A stretch of DNA of 63,489 bases, filler included, from Kipferlia bialata (Eukaryota), in the NCBI GenBank assembly GCA_003568945.1. It is 6 parts of 5 records of this genome, joined end to end, with 100 filler letters (N's around TTAATTAATTAA, not from the genome) between each part and the next. Parts side by side here need not be neighbours in the genome. Positions count along the whole stretch, not along the records: positions 41,198 to 55,968 come from BDIP01000013.1; positions 56,069 to 63,489 come from BDIP01000019.1; 4 more parts are not named here. One strand, written 5' to 3'. The notes under the pieces are model-generated. The model was not told the origin of the DNA, did no database searches, and saw only the letters and a program-made list of their open reading frames with translations. Position 1 is the first letter of the stretch; the number at the start of each line of letters is the position of its first letter. This document shows, in pieces, positions 47,216 to 59,309 of this stretch. A program made the position numbers and the translations under genes.

Positions 47216-47439
47216 GTAAGGTATATATGTAACTCCCCCCCCCCCCCCCCCCCTTTCAGTCACTGCCGATGATTGAAACATCATTCCCAATATGGTACAA
47301 ATCCCATCCCTCCCGTAGATTTGGTGAGAGGGCGCCAGTACTTGCTCAAGTAGACAAAACGATGAATCTATTATATCTTAGCTCATTCAGCCAGCCCCCC
47401 CCCCCCCCCTCTCTATCTCTCTCTATCTCTCTCTACTTA

Positions 47440-50400
47440 CTCTCTCTGTTCACGCTTGAGTACAGAACTGGCCCTCTTGAGGCCTCTGCTAATCCTCGAG
47501 GACCTCCTTGGCTCTGGCTTCTCTGCAGCCTTGCTAGCCTTGCTCCGGCCCCTACTTGTCAATGGAATAGTAAAGGTACAATAGTAGCTATGGGATAAGA
47601 GAACACAATAAACTATGGGATAAGAGAACACAATAAACTATGGGATAAGAGAACACAATAAAGGACTTGGTCTTGCCCCTACTTGTTATGAAAAGGACAG
47701 AAACCAACATAAGTAATGGGATAGACAGACAAACAGGCAGGTACATAGACACAGACTATAACTGAACACACAACTACCACAGTACGTGTGTGTATACGTC
47801 ATATATGTAAAGAATACATGATGACACTTACTTCTTGGCCTTGCTGACAGTGACAGTACGTACATCTAAACGAAACAATGACTAACAGAATGTATAGACA
47901 TACGATATTAGTATGATGCATACCTCTTGGGCCTGCTCACAGTGGCAGTGACCTGGGCAGCAATCTTCCTAGGAGAGGGAGAGGGAGAGGGAGAGGGAGT
48001 GGCCACTGAGGATGAGATGTAGCTTAGAATATATACATATATATACATATAGAGAGAGAGAGCGAGAGAGAGAGCGAGAGAGAGAGAGAGAGAGAGAGAG
48101 AACTAGTTAAGAGGTACCAACCTGACGGATCAGACATAACATGGGTGGTCATATATGAGGAGAGAATCAAATAGCAAACCTTGGGTGAGAAGTGTATACA
48201 TATGTATGTGCATATTCCAGTGTATATGTATACTTCTGGAACTGACTTATATGTCACCAATACTACTCAATACTAACAAATATCCCTACTGGTGACTCAT
48301 AGTTACAATACATGAGTTGTGATTGCATATGGTTAAGTAATATAAATAGATGTACTCACCGTCCTTCTTCTCAGCCTCTGGGTTTGAGTTGCGATTGTCA
48401 AGGGCGTACAGAAACTATATATTTAAATATTATGTATCTACTAACTAATTATATTATTGAGTAATAGATGTACTCACCGTCCTTCTTCTCCGTCTCACTC
48501 TTGGGCACATGCTCAGCCTCCTCCTCAGAGGAGTCAGCCTCAGCCTGGGGTCATCACTAGTGGCAACACTACTATAATATATGTATCGGTGACATCATTG
48601 TCATTATATCCAAATATATATCATCCTTCTCAGCAGCCTCAGCCTGGGGATAATAGAGAAGTGACAGTATATATACCAATGTACTATCACCCCCTGGGGT
48701 ATTCGAAAAGTGTATATACTATAATGCATACAACTTATAGAACACACATGAGAACATTACTATTAATACAGATACATTCATTATCCCTGGTCTCCTCGGC
48801 CTCATATACAACGGGATATATTCACTAATACAATCCACACATATGTATCTAAATATCTATACATATATGATATACCTTCTTCATCTACACATATCTATAT
48901 ATTTTCTGTATATAACTCTATATATATATATATGACATACCTTCTTCTTGGCCTCCTCAGCCTCCTCCTTGGCCAGAGTCTGGGGTTAGTACAGTACGTG
49001 TAATACATGAATACATAGTGTCAATATAGTAGAAATACTACATATAATGCAATACCAGTATCGTACTTGGCCAGAGTAATGCAGTAAGAATACTGCACAT
49101 GCGATATAGTTCATATTAATATATGTATGTGTATATATAGAGTGCTTGTCCTGAGTCTGGGGATAATATAGTAAGAATATTGTGTCTCTATATACAATAC
49201 ACGTATATACATGAATGGAATAATCAATACACCTCATTGGTCTCCTCCTCCGTCATCTTCATATATATATCGTAAAATTATATATATATCGTAATAATAT
49301 ATATATCGTAAAATATATATCGTAAAATATATATCGAAAAATATATATCGTAAAATAATATAGCATGAGTAATATATACTTGGTCTACTGCCAGAGCACA
49401 TGAAAATATATATGTACATGTATATATATATATGAAAGAATACCATATTTAGCGGATCACTATGCCTGCTTTGTCTCCTCCATCCTCTGTGTGAGCACCC
49501 CCCGCTCATACATATATGAAAACATGCAGTGTATCACAAAATAAATACACTTATATACATCACCTCGGTCTCCTCCATCTTCTGACGGAGCACCTTGAAC
49601 TCCCACTGTCTCTCTCTCTCTCTCTCTCCATATATACATACTCCATATATAGTGTATAACAATACCTGCTCTGTCTCCTCCATCTTCTGCTTGAGGACCT
49701 TCGTGTCCATCCTCATCACAAAGGCGTCGAAGTCCCTTGCAGTCTGCTCCTGTGTGTAAGACTATACTATATTAGTACACACACATATATATATGTGGGA
49801 GTAGAATATATAGTTACTTAGGTATATAATGAAATGGTCGTCAAAGTCTGAACCGGTCTGTTCCTACTTGTAAGAAGATCAAGTTTCAGTAGTACATATA
49901 TACATATAGGTGGATACAATATAATGATGAATATATGGGTATATATATGTGGTCATCAAAGTCTCTAACAGTCTGCTCCTAAGCGTCGCAGGTAGAGAGA
50001 GAGAGAGAGAGAGACTGAATGTCCCCCAGGAAGGGTATGGGGGTGATGTATTGTGAGATACTAAGAAGGACAGATGTAAAGAAGACGTATGACACGTGAG
50101 GGGCCCTGAACAGAAGCACGTACGTAATCAGTGATATATATATACAGATACACTAATATATATGAGGATATGAAAGGAGCACACATATAAGTATAAACAG
50201 TCATATACTTCCAGAGTTGTATCCATTTACCAGTCCATTGATGATGGTCAGTGAGATATTAATATATATAGATATATAGATATATAGATATATATATGTA
50301 TATATTTATATGTATTGGTATATATAGGAGTACGTATGTAGTTGTATCTACATACCAGTCCATTGATGAGGTCTGTGAGTATGACTATATGTATATATAT

Positions 50401-53400
50401 GAACAAGTATATATAAGAGTATATATGTGTAGTTGTATCCACTTACCAGTCCATTGATGAGGTCTGTGAGTATATATAGATATTTATATACATATGTATT
50501 GGTATATATAGGAGTATATATGTAGTTGTTCCTACATACCAGTCCATTGATGAGGTCTGTGAGTATATATAGATATATATATACATATGTATATACATAT
50601 GTATTGGTATGTATAGGGTATATATTGCATCTACATACCATCGGCCTGTGAGTATATATAGATATATATATATATGTGTATGTGTAGGTGTATAGAGGTA
50701 TATATGTAGTTGTATCTTCTTACCAGTCCATTGATGAGGTCGGTGAGTATGACTATATGTATATACATATGTATGTGTGGGTATGTATTGGTATATTTAA
50801 GAGTATGTATGTAGTTGTATCCACTTACCAGTCCATTGATGAGGTCTGTGAGTATATATATAGATATATAGATATATGTGTGTGTGTAGAGGTATGTATA
50901 GGAGTATATATGTAGTTGCATCTACATACCANNNNNNNNNNNNNNNNNNNNNNNNNNNNNNNNNNNNNNNNNNNNNNNNNNNNNNNNNNNNNNNNNNNNN
51001 NNNNNNNNNNNNNNNNNNNNNNNNNNNNNNNNNNNNNNNNNNNNNNNNNNNNNNNNNNNNNNNNNNNNNNNNNNNNNNNNNNNNNNNNNNNNNNNNNNNN
51101 NNNNNNNNNNNNNNNNNNNNNNNNNNNNNNNNNNNNNNNNNNNNNNNNNNNNNNNNNNNNNNNNNNNNNNNNNNNNNNNNNNNNNNNNNNNNNNNNNNNN
51201 NNNNNNNNNNNNNNNNNNNNNNNNNNNNNNNNNNNNNNNNNNNNNNNNNNNNNNNNNNNNNNNNNNNNNNNNNNNNNNNNNNNNNNNNNNNNNNNNNNNN
51301 NNNNNNNNNNNNNNNNNNNNNNNNNNNNNNNNNNNNNNNNNNNNNNNNNNNNNNNNNNNNNNNNNNNNNNNNNNNNNNNNNNNNNNNNNNNNNNNNNNNN
51401 NNNNNNNNNNNNNNNNNNNNNNNNNNNNNNNNNNNNNNNNNNNNNNNNNNNNNNNNNNNNNNNNNNNNNNNNNNNNNNNNNNNNNNNNNNNNNNNNNNNN
51501 NNNNNNNNNNNNNNNNNNNNNNNNNNNNNNNNNNNNNNNNNNNNNNNNNNNNNNNNNNNNNNNNNNNNNNNNNNNNNNNNNNNNNNNNNNNNNNNNNNNN
51601 NNNNNNNNNNNNNNNNNNNNNNNNNNNNNNNNNNNNNNNNNNNNNNNNNNNNNNNNNNNNNNNNNNNNNNNNNNNNNNNNNNNNNNNNNNNNNNNNNNNN
51701 NNNNNNNNNNNNNNNNNNNNNNNNNNNNNNNNNNNNNNNNNNNNNNNNNNNNNNNNNNNNNNNNNNNNNNNNNNNNNNNNNNNNNNNNNNNNNNNNNNNN
51801 NNNNNNNNNNNNNNNNNNNNNNNNNNNNNNNNNNNNNNNNNNNNNNTTGTTCATGGCCATACCCTCATCCTCCTCAGCTCCCCCAGCAGGGCATACACAC
51901 AGGTCTGGGCATGGGATGCCTCGTCGTGGAACTCTAGGGTAAGAAAAGTATATTTAAGTATCTTGGTATCATTATCATTATAGTCACAAAGAAATGTTTC
52001 ACAATTACTATCATCATGGAACTCTAGGAAGATAATAATATCGTAAGACCGACAAGGGGGGGGGGGTAGTTTGTATATATGATAGACAAAGGGTGTGGAT
52101 ACCTCCACTGATGAGGTTCTTCTTGTTCCCGTCGTCAGATATCTCAATGGACATGAAGTGGACATTCAGAGTGAAGAGGAGGCTCTGCACGGCAGGCTCC
52201 AGCTTGAAGTCGTCACCGAGACTGTTATGAGAGAGAGAGATTATTACCTCAGTATTACTAGTATACAACTATACTAACTTTACAATACAATGTACTGACT
52301 GTACTGACAAACTTAATTCACGCACAAATATACTTATAGATATACATATGCGTGTATGTATATGATATACTGCATATCCATACCTGATGCTGTTTGTCTC
52401 CTGCAAACATACTCTATAATGACTGTATATACATAGTATGTTACATGTATACATAGTACATGTAGTATAGGTAGTAATAGTAGTATCAGACCATACCTGA
52501 TGCTGTCTGCCTCCCCCCACACCCCCACTGTTATCCCTTCACACACATATATATATATATGTGTGTACTCCTCATATCCACACCTGATGCTGTTTGTCTC
52601 CATCCCTTGAAGACAGCATTACGCACATACTGTTATATATATATATGTGTATATATCCACACCTGATCTTGTTTGTCTCCCTCCAGACCTTGTAGATGGG
52701 GTTGCCCTTGAGAGATGCAACGGCAGGACCTGGGTCATAAAGGATATAGAAATGTATAATACATATTATACAGCGCAATATAGAAATATAACAATATGGT
52801 ACTGCCTCAACAGAGTGAGAGGCAACGGCAGGGCCTGGGTAAAAGAGGAACATATCAACAATGATAGAGATACAGAAAGGTATACCATACTAGTACATAT
52901 ATTTCTACAAAGAGGCAACAGCAAGACCTGGGTTACAATGGTACAGACATATAGAGAGACAGAACGAAAGCGTCAATATATATGGAGTCTGCTTAACCGT
53001 AACAAATAGTATTCATAAAACTTATATTAGAAGAAGGTATATGCACTCACCCTGGAGAGCCTTGGCAGCCTCGACAGGGTTTCTGGGGTGAGACACTGTG
53101 AATATGTGTATATGTATATATTAGAATATAAGTATATATCTATATATGTATATACCTATATATATACATATATATATGTGTATACATATGTATATATATA
53201 TATATATGTATATAGGTTACTGGGGTGAGTAAACAATATATACCTTATTAATACTAGCTACATAATAAACACTGTAAGAGAGTAGGGGAATAGACACATG
53301 AACTCAGGGGGAAGTGGCATAGAAACAGGAGTGAATATACACATATATATATGAAGGGATATATACATAATACCATGCACCAACCTGTAGCTCATGGCCA

Positions 53401-55790
53401 CCCTGGCACTGTATAGGGTACATGTACATGGAGGAACCCGTCTATACATGTATATGTATATACATATATGCAAATATGTATATAAACATGAATACATACC
53501 TGTAGCTCATGGCCACCCAGGCACTGTATGTGGTACGCATACATTCATGTATATATGTATATGTATATACATGTATATGGGTATATATGGTGCATGTACC
53601 TGTAGCTCATGGCCACCCTGGCACTGGGACTCACAGGCCTCACTGGCATGAGTTCATATATATATATGTATAAGCATAAGTACAGGTATATATATACATA
53701 TGCAAGTTAGTGATAATACTCATATGTACACACTGGGGCTCACTGGGATGAGTTCATCTATACACATAATAGATGTACATATATATATATATACTAATAT
53801 ATACATAAATATAGATTTGTACTAGTATATATATATAATTATAGATTGTTGTACAAGTATATATATGTATAATTATAGATTTGTACTAGGGTATATATAT
53901 AAACCAATCACATACCGGCAGACATGGGGGAGGCAGCCCTAGAGCCAGACTGTCTAGCAGTGCTGGGGGTGAGAATGTGAACATACATAGTAGAACATGG
54001 GTATAGACCTAGGTACACTATATATACCACATACTGTATATAGTCCTTTGGCTCTTGCTGGTTCTCTCTCTCTCTATATATATATCTATCTATCTGTATA
54101 TACCTATCTATATATACCTATCACAGATTTTCACAACTCTATTATATACTATATATCATAAATGAACTCAATACCTGCGGCTCCTCTTGATAATCTCCAG
54201 AGATAAATTCCTGCTTTCATTCTCTGTGACAGAGACAGAGACAGAGTCTGTCTATAAATACTATATGGATTCACATGTACACACATATATATATATACCT
54301 GCGGCTCCTCTTGATCCCAGTGTTGTTGGTGCTCCTTGCTGCCCTGAGGGGTCAGAATGTACATGTATATGTATATGTATAATTCATATTATCCCCTGCA
54401 TTGGCATATATATAGATATATATGTGTGTGAATATGCCCTGAGGGGTCAGGGTGAATATATACACAAATATACTATTACATATACATACACATATATATA
54501 TACATATATAGTAATAAATATATATAGTGATTGTGTATATATGACTCCATATATACACACTCACATGTATACATATAGAGAGAGAGAAACACGGGGACAC
54601 TATTTGGGAGAGAGATGGTGAGACAAACTGGCCATATATATACTTGCATATATGTGTAGAGAGAGAGGGAGGGGGAAGGTATCTATATATGGAAGAGAGA
54701 CAACCACTTATAACCTATATATCTATATGCAAATAGATATATATAGAGAGAGAGGGGAGGGGGGGGGTAGATATATAGTACCTCTTGTCAGAGACCACTG
54801 GTGTGCCCCTGTTCTCCCTCTCCCCCTCGCCCTCGATTTATACATAGAGAGAGTAGTAGAGAAGAATATGGAGATAGATGGGGTACCTCCTGTCTGAGAC
54901 CACTGGAGTACTCCTCTCCCTACTGGGAGTGTTGGCCCTCTGTGTCTTGAGCTTCTGCTCTGGCAGGTTAGGAATAGTAGTATCTATTATAGTAGAAGTA
55001 TTATTACTAACACACATTTCTATATCAATATACGTATATACTATATATCTGGCAGGTTAGATGTAGTAGTATTAAAGCAGAAGTAATAATATTATTATAT
55101 ATATAATATATATACTAATACACATACTAATATTACATATACATATATATATATATCAGTATACAATATACCATATATATATACAATATATACATATACT
55201 ACAACGTACGTGCCATATACTCGAATACAGTACATATGTATGTATATACAGAAATTATAGTACATAGTATAATACGTACGTGTAGCCATGGCCTGGGCAT
55301 GTTATACCAATATACATATATATCAATATACAATATCAAATATCAATATTACATATATACATATATATATATATTCTACTACATATTCTACAACGTACGT
55401 GTAGCCATGGCCTGGGCTTGTCTCTCTCCGGCGGTCTTCCCCTTCTTGACAGTCTTACTCCTGAGGTTATAGGAGTGGAAATACAGATGTATATATGTAT
55501 ATAGGTATGTATATATATATATATATACATACACATAGGTAGTCTTCCCCCTTCTTGACAGTCTTACTCCTGAGGTTAAAGGAGTGTATATACATTTACA
55601 CACATATATATACAAACTCATACACATACATGAAGAGTGATAGGGGGAGATACTGAGAATGAATACACATAACAGAGAATGACAGTATACTCTACCCCAA
55701 TGCTCTTGGCGCCTATTGTGAGTATATATATACAGATAGATGACCCCTTGAGTCGGAGAGGACATGCATTTCTATGTATATACTATGATG
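47440..55790 (-). CDS. Hypothetical protein(s) with many very short exons and coiled-coil segments, spanning the gap; partial
   Basis: Exons such as LRSKTVKKGKTAGERQAQAMAT, GPAVASLKGNPIYKVWRETNKIR, LGDDFKLEPAVQSLLFTLNVHFMSIE, DFDAFVMRMDTKVLKQKMEETE are flanked by CTCACCCCAG-type acceptors and GTA donors. The full model is not resolved. Confidence 0.55.
47588..47662. repeat. 25-bp perfect tandem repeat x3 (CTATGGGATAAGAGAACACAATAAA)
   Basis: Units start at 47588, 47613 and 47638. Confidence 0.95.
50227..50931 (-). repeat. Tandem array (~85-125 bp period, >=8 units) with conserved core CTCACAG-ACCTCATCAATGGACTG-GTA(A/T)G and variable AT-rich spacers
   Basis: Cores at plus-strand 50231, 50356, 50447, 50540, 50639 (deleted form), 50724 and 50829, with another cut by the gap at 50931. 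Confidence 0.9.
50932..51846. other. Assembly gap (915 N)
   Basis: Uninterrupted N run directly after the repeat array. Confidence 0.99.
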
Positions 55791-55854
55791 GCAGTAGGTT
55801 CCTCCTGCGCATCAGATAAACAGGAGGGTAACGAGTAAGAGAGAGAGAGAGAAG

Positions 55855-55887
<33 letters not shown>

Positions 55888-55928
55888 GATGGACAGAGGG
55901 TACATCTGGGGTGAGAGGGGGGGGGGGG

Positions 55929-55959
<31 letters not shown>

Positions 55960-55968
55960 AAGAAGGGA

Positions 55969-56068
55969 NNNNNNNNNNNNNNNNNNNNNNNNNNNNNNNN
56001 NNNNNNNNNNNNTTAATTAATTAANNNNNNNNNNNNNNNNNNNNNNNNNNNNNNNNNNNNNNNNNNNN
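55969..56068. other. Artificial scaffold linker
   Basis: N44-TTAATTAATTAA-N44. Confidence 0.98.
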
Positions 56069-56687
56069 CCCGTTGGTGGCCCCCCACTCCCCCCCCCCCC
56101 CCCCCCTCTCTCTCTCTCTTACAAGACCCCAAGCTAGTTGTGTGTATGTTTGTCACCTCCCTCCTACCTTTAGATGCATGTGCCCGTGCTGGCAGGTCCC
56201 TCCCTCCGCATCGGGGCCAGGGTCAGGATAGGGCCAGGGTATAGACAGGGTGAGCACATTTGATAGGCATGGTATGATGCTTTGTACACACTCTATCATT
56301 GTCTTATTGGCATGTATGCCACAGCCTCCGACCCAGAGGACACCGTTCACTTTTAACATTCGACACCATTTGAGAATGACTGCAATTGATATATTCATGA
56401 CATGTATGTGCTACACATGGTACACGCTTTCAACACTTCTGTGGAAGACCCTATACTATATACTATATACTGTGTACTATATAGTATCCTCACCTTCAGA
56501 TAGAAACCGAATAGTTATCGGTGCTGGTGAGGGAATAGTCCTGAACCAGCACAGTAGAACTCAGGTGACAGTGAAGGTATGCTGCCAACCATGCTACATA
56601 CATATTCAAATATATATTTACAATATTATATATATATATATATAAATATGATTATGTCTCTCCCTGACATGTTAGTTTGACCACGGC

Positions 56688-58522
56688 ATGTGCTGCATCG
56701 TCCAAGCAATGCCAGGTGACTTTGGCCTTGTCTACGATCCTGCCGCGAGACTAGAGGCCGAGAGAGAGAAGGCCGAGAGAGAGGAGCGGGAGAGGCGTGC
56801 CACTGTCTCCCTGCTCCATGCCATAGGTGTGCCCGAGGGGGACATACCCCCTGGCACCCTATCCCTGTCTACCCTGCTGCCCCAGATACTAGGCTAGTAA
56901 GGTCTATACTATACTGTTCCAGTAGTTCTATATTGATACTGACACTAGCTGCCATGGCTGCGTCTACCACTGCCACTAGTGGTACGGCCTTTGATGCCTA
57001 CACCCCTGGTGACTCAACTGCTATTGACAGTCTCATGGAGAGAGTCAAGGGCCTTGACATGTCCGCCCTCCACACACACATCAAGCGTGTCAAGCAGTAT
57101 CTGCCTGTGGTTAAGGGGCATTATGAGGCTCTGTTTGCACTTGAGCAGTTTCTGACACAGTACCCAACGGATAAGGTGGAGAGACGTCTATCTATGTAGG
57201 GTTACCATCCCTCTCTCTCGCTCACTCCCACTCTCACCCCCAGCTAGTGTCAGAGGACTGCCCTTCCCTCCTGCAATCACTTAAGGAACTGCACTCTGCC
57301 TACACCCCCTTCCACAGCGCCCTGTCCCGCCTAGACTTCGACACAGCAGAGAGCCTCGCCTTCCTCCAGTCTGTCTCAGACCTACTGGACAGCATCAACA
57401 CCACCTCTCTGATACCCCTGCCCAAGGACCACGCCTCTCTCTCCCTCGGGGATAAGTACAAGTACTTTCAGGTCCCGTCTTCCTCTCTCTGGGTCTCCCT
57501 CCATCTACCCTTGTATTCTATTCTCTCACCGTATTCTGTGACAGAACTTTTAACTTAGCCGTACAATCCTAAATAGGCTCTTCTTCTCTATCGGATCTCT
57601 ATTCTACTGACTCTAGGTCAAGAGCCGGAATGCTGCAGTGGAAGCACTCTACATGGCCGCTGGTCCTGTCATCACTTGTCAGCCGGATATTGAGGTACAT
57701 AGCCTCTTCCTGACACCTACGTAGTGGGACTATTCACTCACTCCAGGCCTGTATGGCCGGTCTCAAGGGTATAGACATTGCAATCCCTGACGTGTGCGCT
57801 ATGATAGACACTAAGGCCAAGGGGGTGCTGCAGATGCTGGAGTACCTGGCACCCAGGTATACTGCTGTACATCACTCTAGACACCCGCTCGGACACGTTT
57901 ACCGACCCACTCTCTGTATGTATACTATGTATGTATACCTCTCAATACTGACACTGCTATAACCGACCCATTAGGCAGACTGAGTCCCGTGCCCTTCTCT
58001 CTGCCCTGAAGAGTGTCCCCCCTGTGACCCCCCAGGACATCGAGTGTGCTGAGTACTCTGCCTTTATGTGTGAGTGCAAGGGCAAGAACCCCAGGCTGGG
58101 GGAGGGGGAGAGGGGTGCACTTGAGTCTGAGCTTATAGTGGAGAGACAGAAGGTGCACGTGCTGAAGCAGACCCAGGTGGAGCACAAGCGTCTGAGAGAG
58201 CAACTGCATCCATACCTGTGCTTCCCAGAGGTACGGTCACATCGTATACACTCATACATATATATATAGATAGTTGTATACTAATGCTGATGACACTGAC
58301 CATACCCGTCCTTCCCAGAGTATGTTAGCACAATTACCCACATATTAATTCACAATACAAAATAGTTAAACTGGTGACCCTGAAACCCAGGTTGCCTCTG
58401 CCCTTGGTGTCTCTAGTGTGCCTGTCTCTGTGCCCGATGTGTCTGGGTCACAGTGCAACGGGGTGGTGGGCATGATGGTCAAGGGACCGGTATCAGGAGG
58501 GGAGGAAGGGGATGCAGAGTGA
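56688..58522 (+). CDS. Hypothetical helical/coiled-coil protein, multi-exon
   Basis: In-phase exons AMPGDFGLVYDPAARLEAE..., AAMAASTT...QYPTDK|LVSEDCPSLL...KYFQ|VKSRNAAVEALY...; probable stop after GEEGDAE. The start is uncertain. Confidence 0.55.
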
Positions 58523-59309
58523 AGAGAGTATGTGTAATAGATGTAGAGTATTGTGTGTACAGTATGTGGTATGGGTTGCATACATGATGGTCAAGAGACC
58601 GGTGTCAGTCACTGATCTACAATAGTGTGCACTCACTGATATATAACAGTGTGCAGGGTCATGAGTACCAGGATGGTGAAGAGACCCCTGGGAGGGGCTG
58701 GCCAGAGTGAACAACATAGCATGAGTATAGTGCAGATTATTGGAGGACAGAAAGTAGAAACACACAATGTGACACTCCAGTATGGTGTCGCTCTTCTTCT
58801 GACAGGATATATCTGTGTGAGAGTCTCGCGCGTTGGCCATATAGGTGACAACAGTCACCTACAGGGACAGTTGAATAGTGTACAGACATTCCAGCTCCCT
58901 GTACTGTGTGATCGAGTTGAAGGAGATTCCGAATCTGACCTCTTCCTTTCCGGTCTCTCTAGATAAAGAGGCACTTGCCTTTGACCACATCACATGCAGG
59001 TATATATCGATGATCTCATCCTACTTGAGATAGCTGACACACAAAATCATTTTCTTGTGCTCTGCTTCAGTTTGGACTGAATATCTAATACTCTATATCC
59101 AGATGGCATCATCAAGTATGTACTGCTCTCCCTTCCCACTATGTCCCTATATATCCCCCCCTGATAGTGGGCTTGCTTCCATGACTGTCTCTCTGTGCAG
59201 TCACTCCCTGTGTTCTCTCCTACTAGGCCTAGTGATGGCTGTGACCCCCCCCCCCAGCACCCGATGACTGTTTCCAATATTACCTCTCTCTCTTGTCTAA
59301 CACCCCCAG

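Noticed and set aside
50227..50931. CRISPR-like repeat-spacer array
   Set aside because: The context is a eukaryotic intron region with no cas genes. The spacers are related low-complexity AT-rich sequences of uneven length and the core carries splice signals.
50876..51983. 300+ aa ORFs in the ORF track
   Set aside because: They consist almost entirely of N-gap codons.
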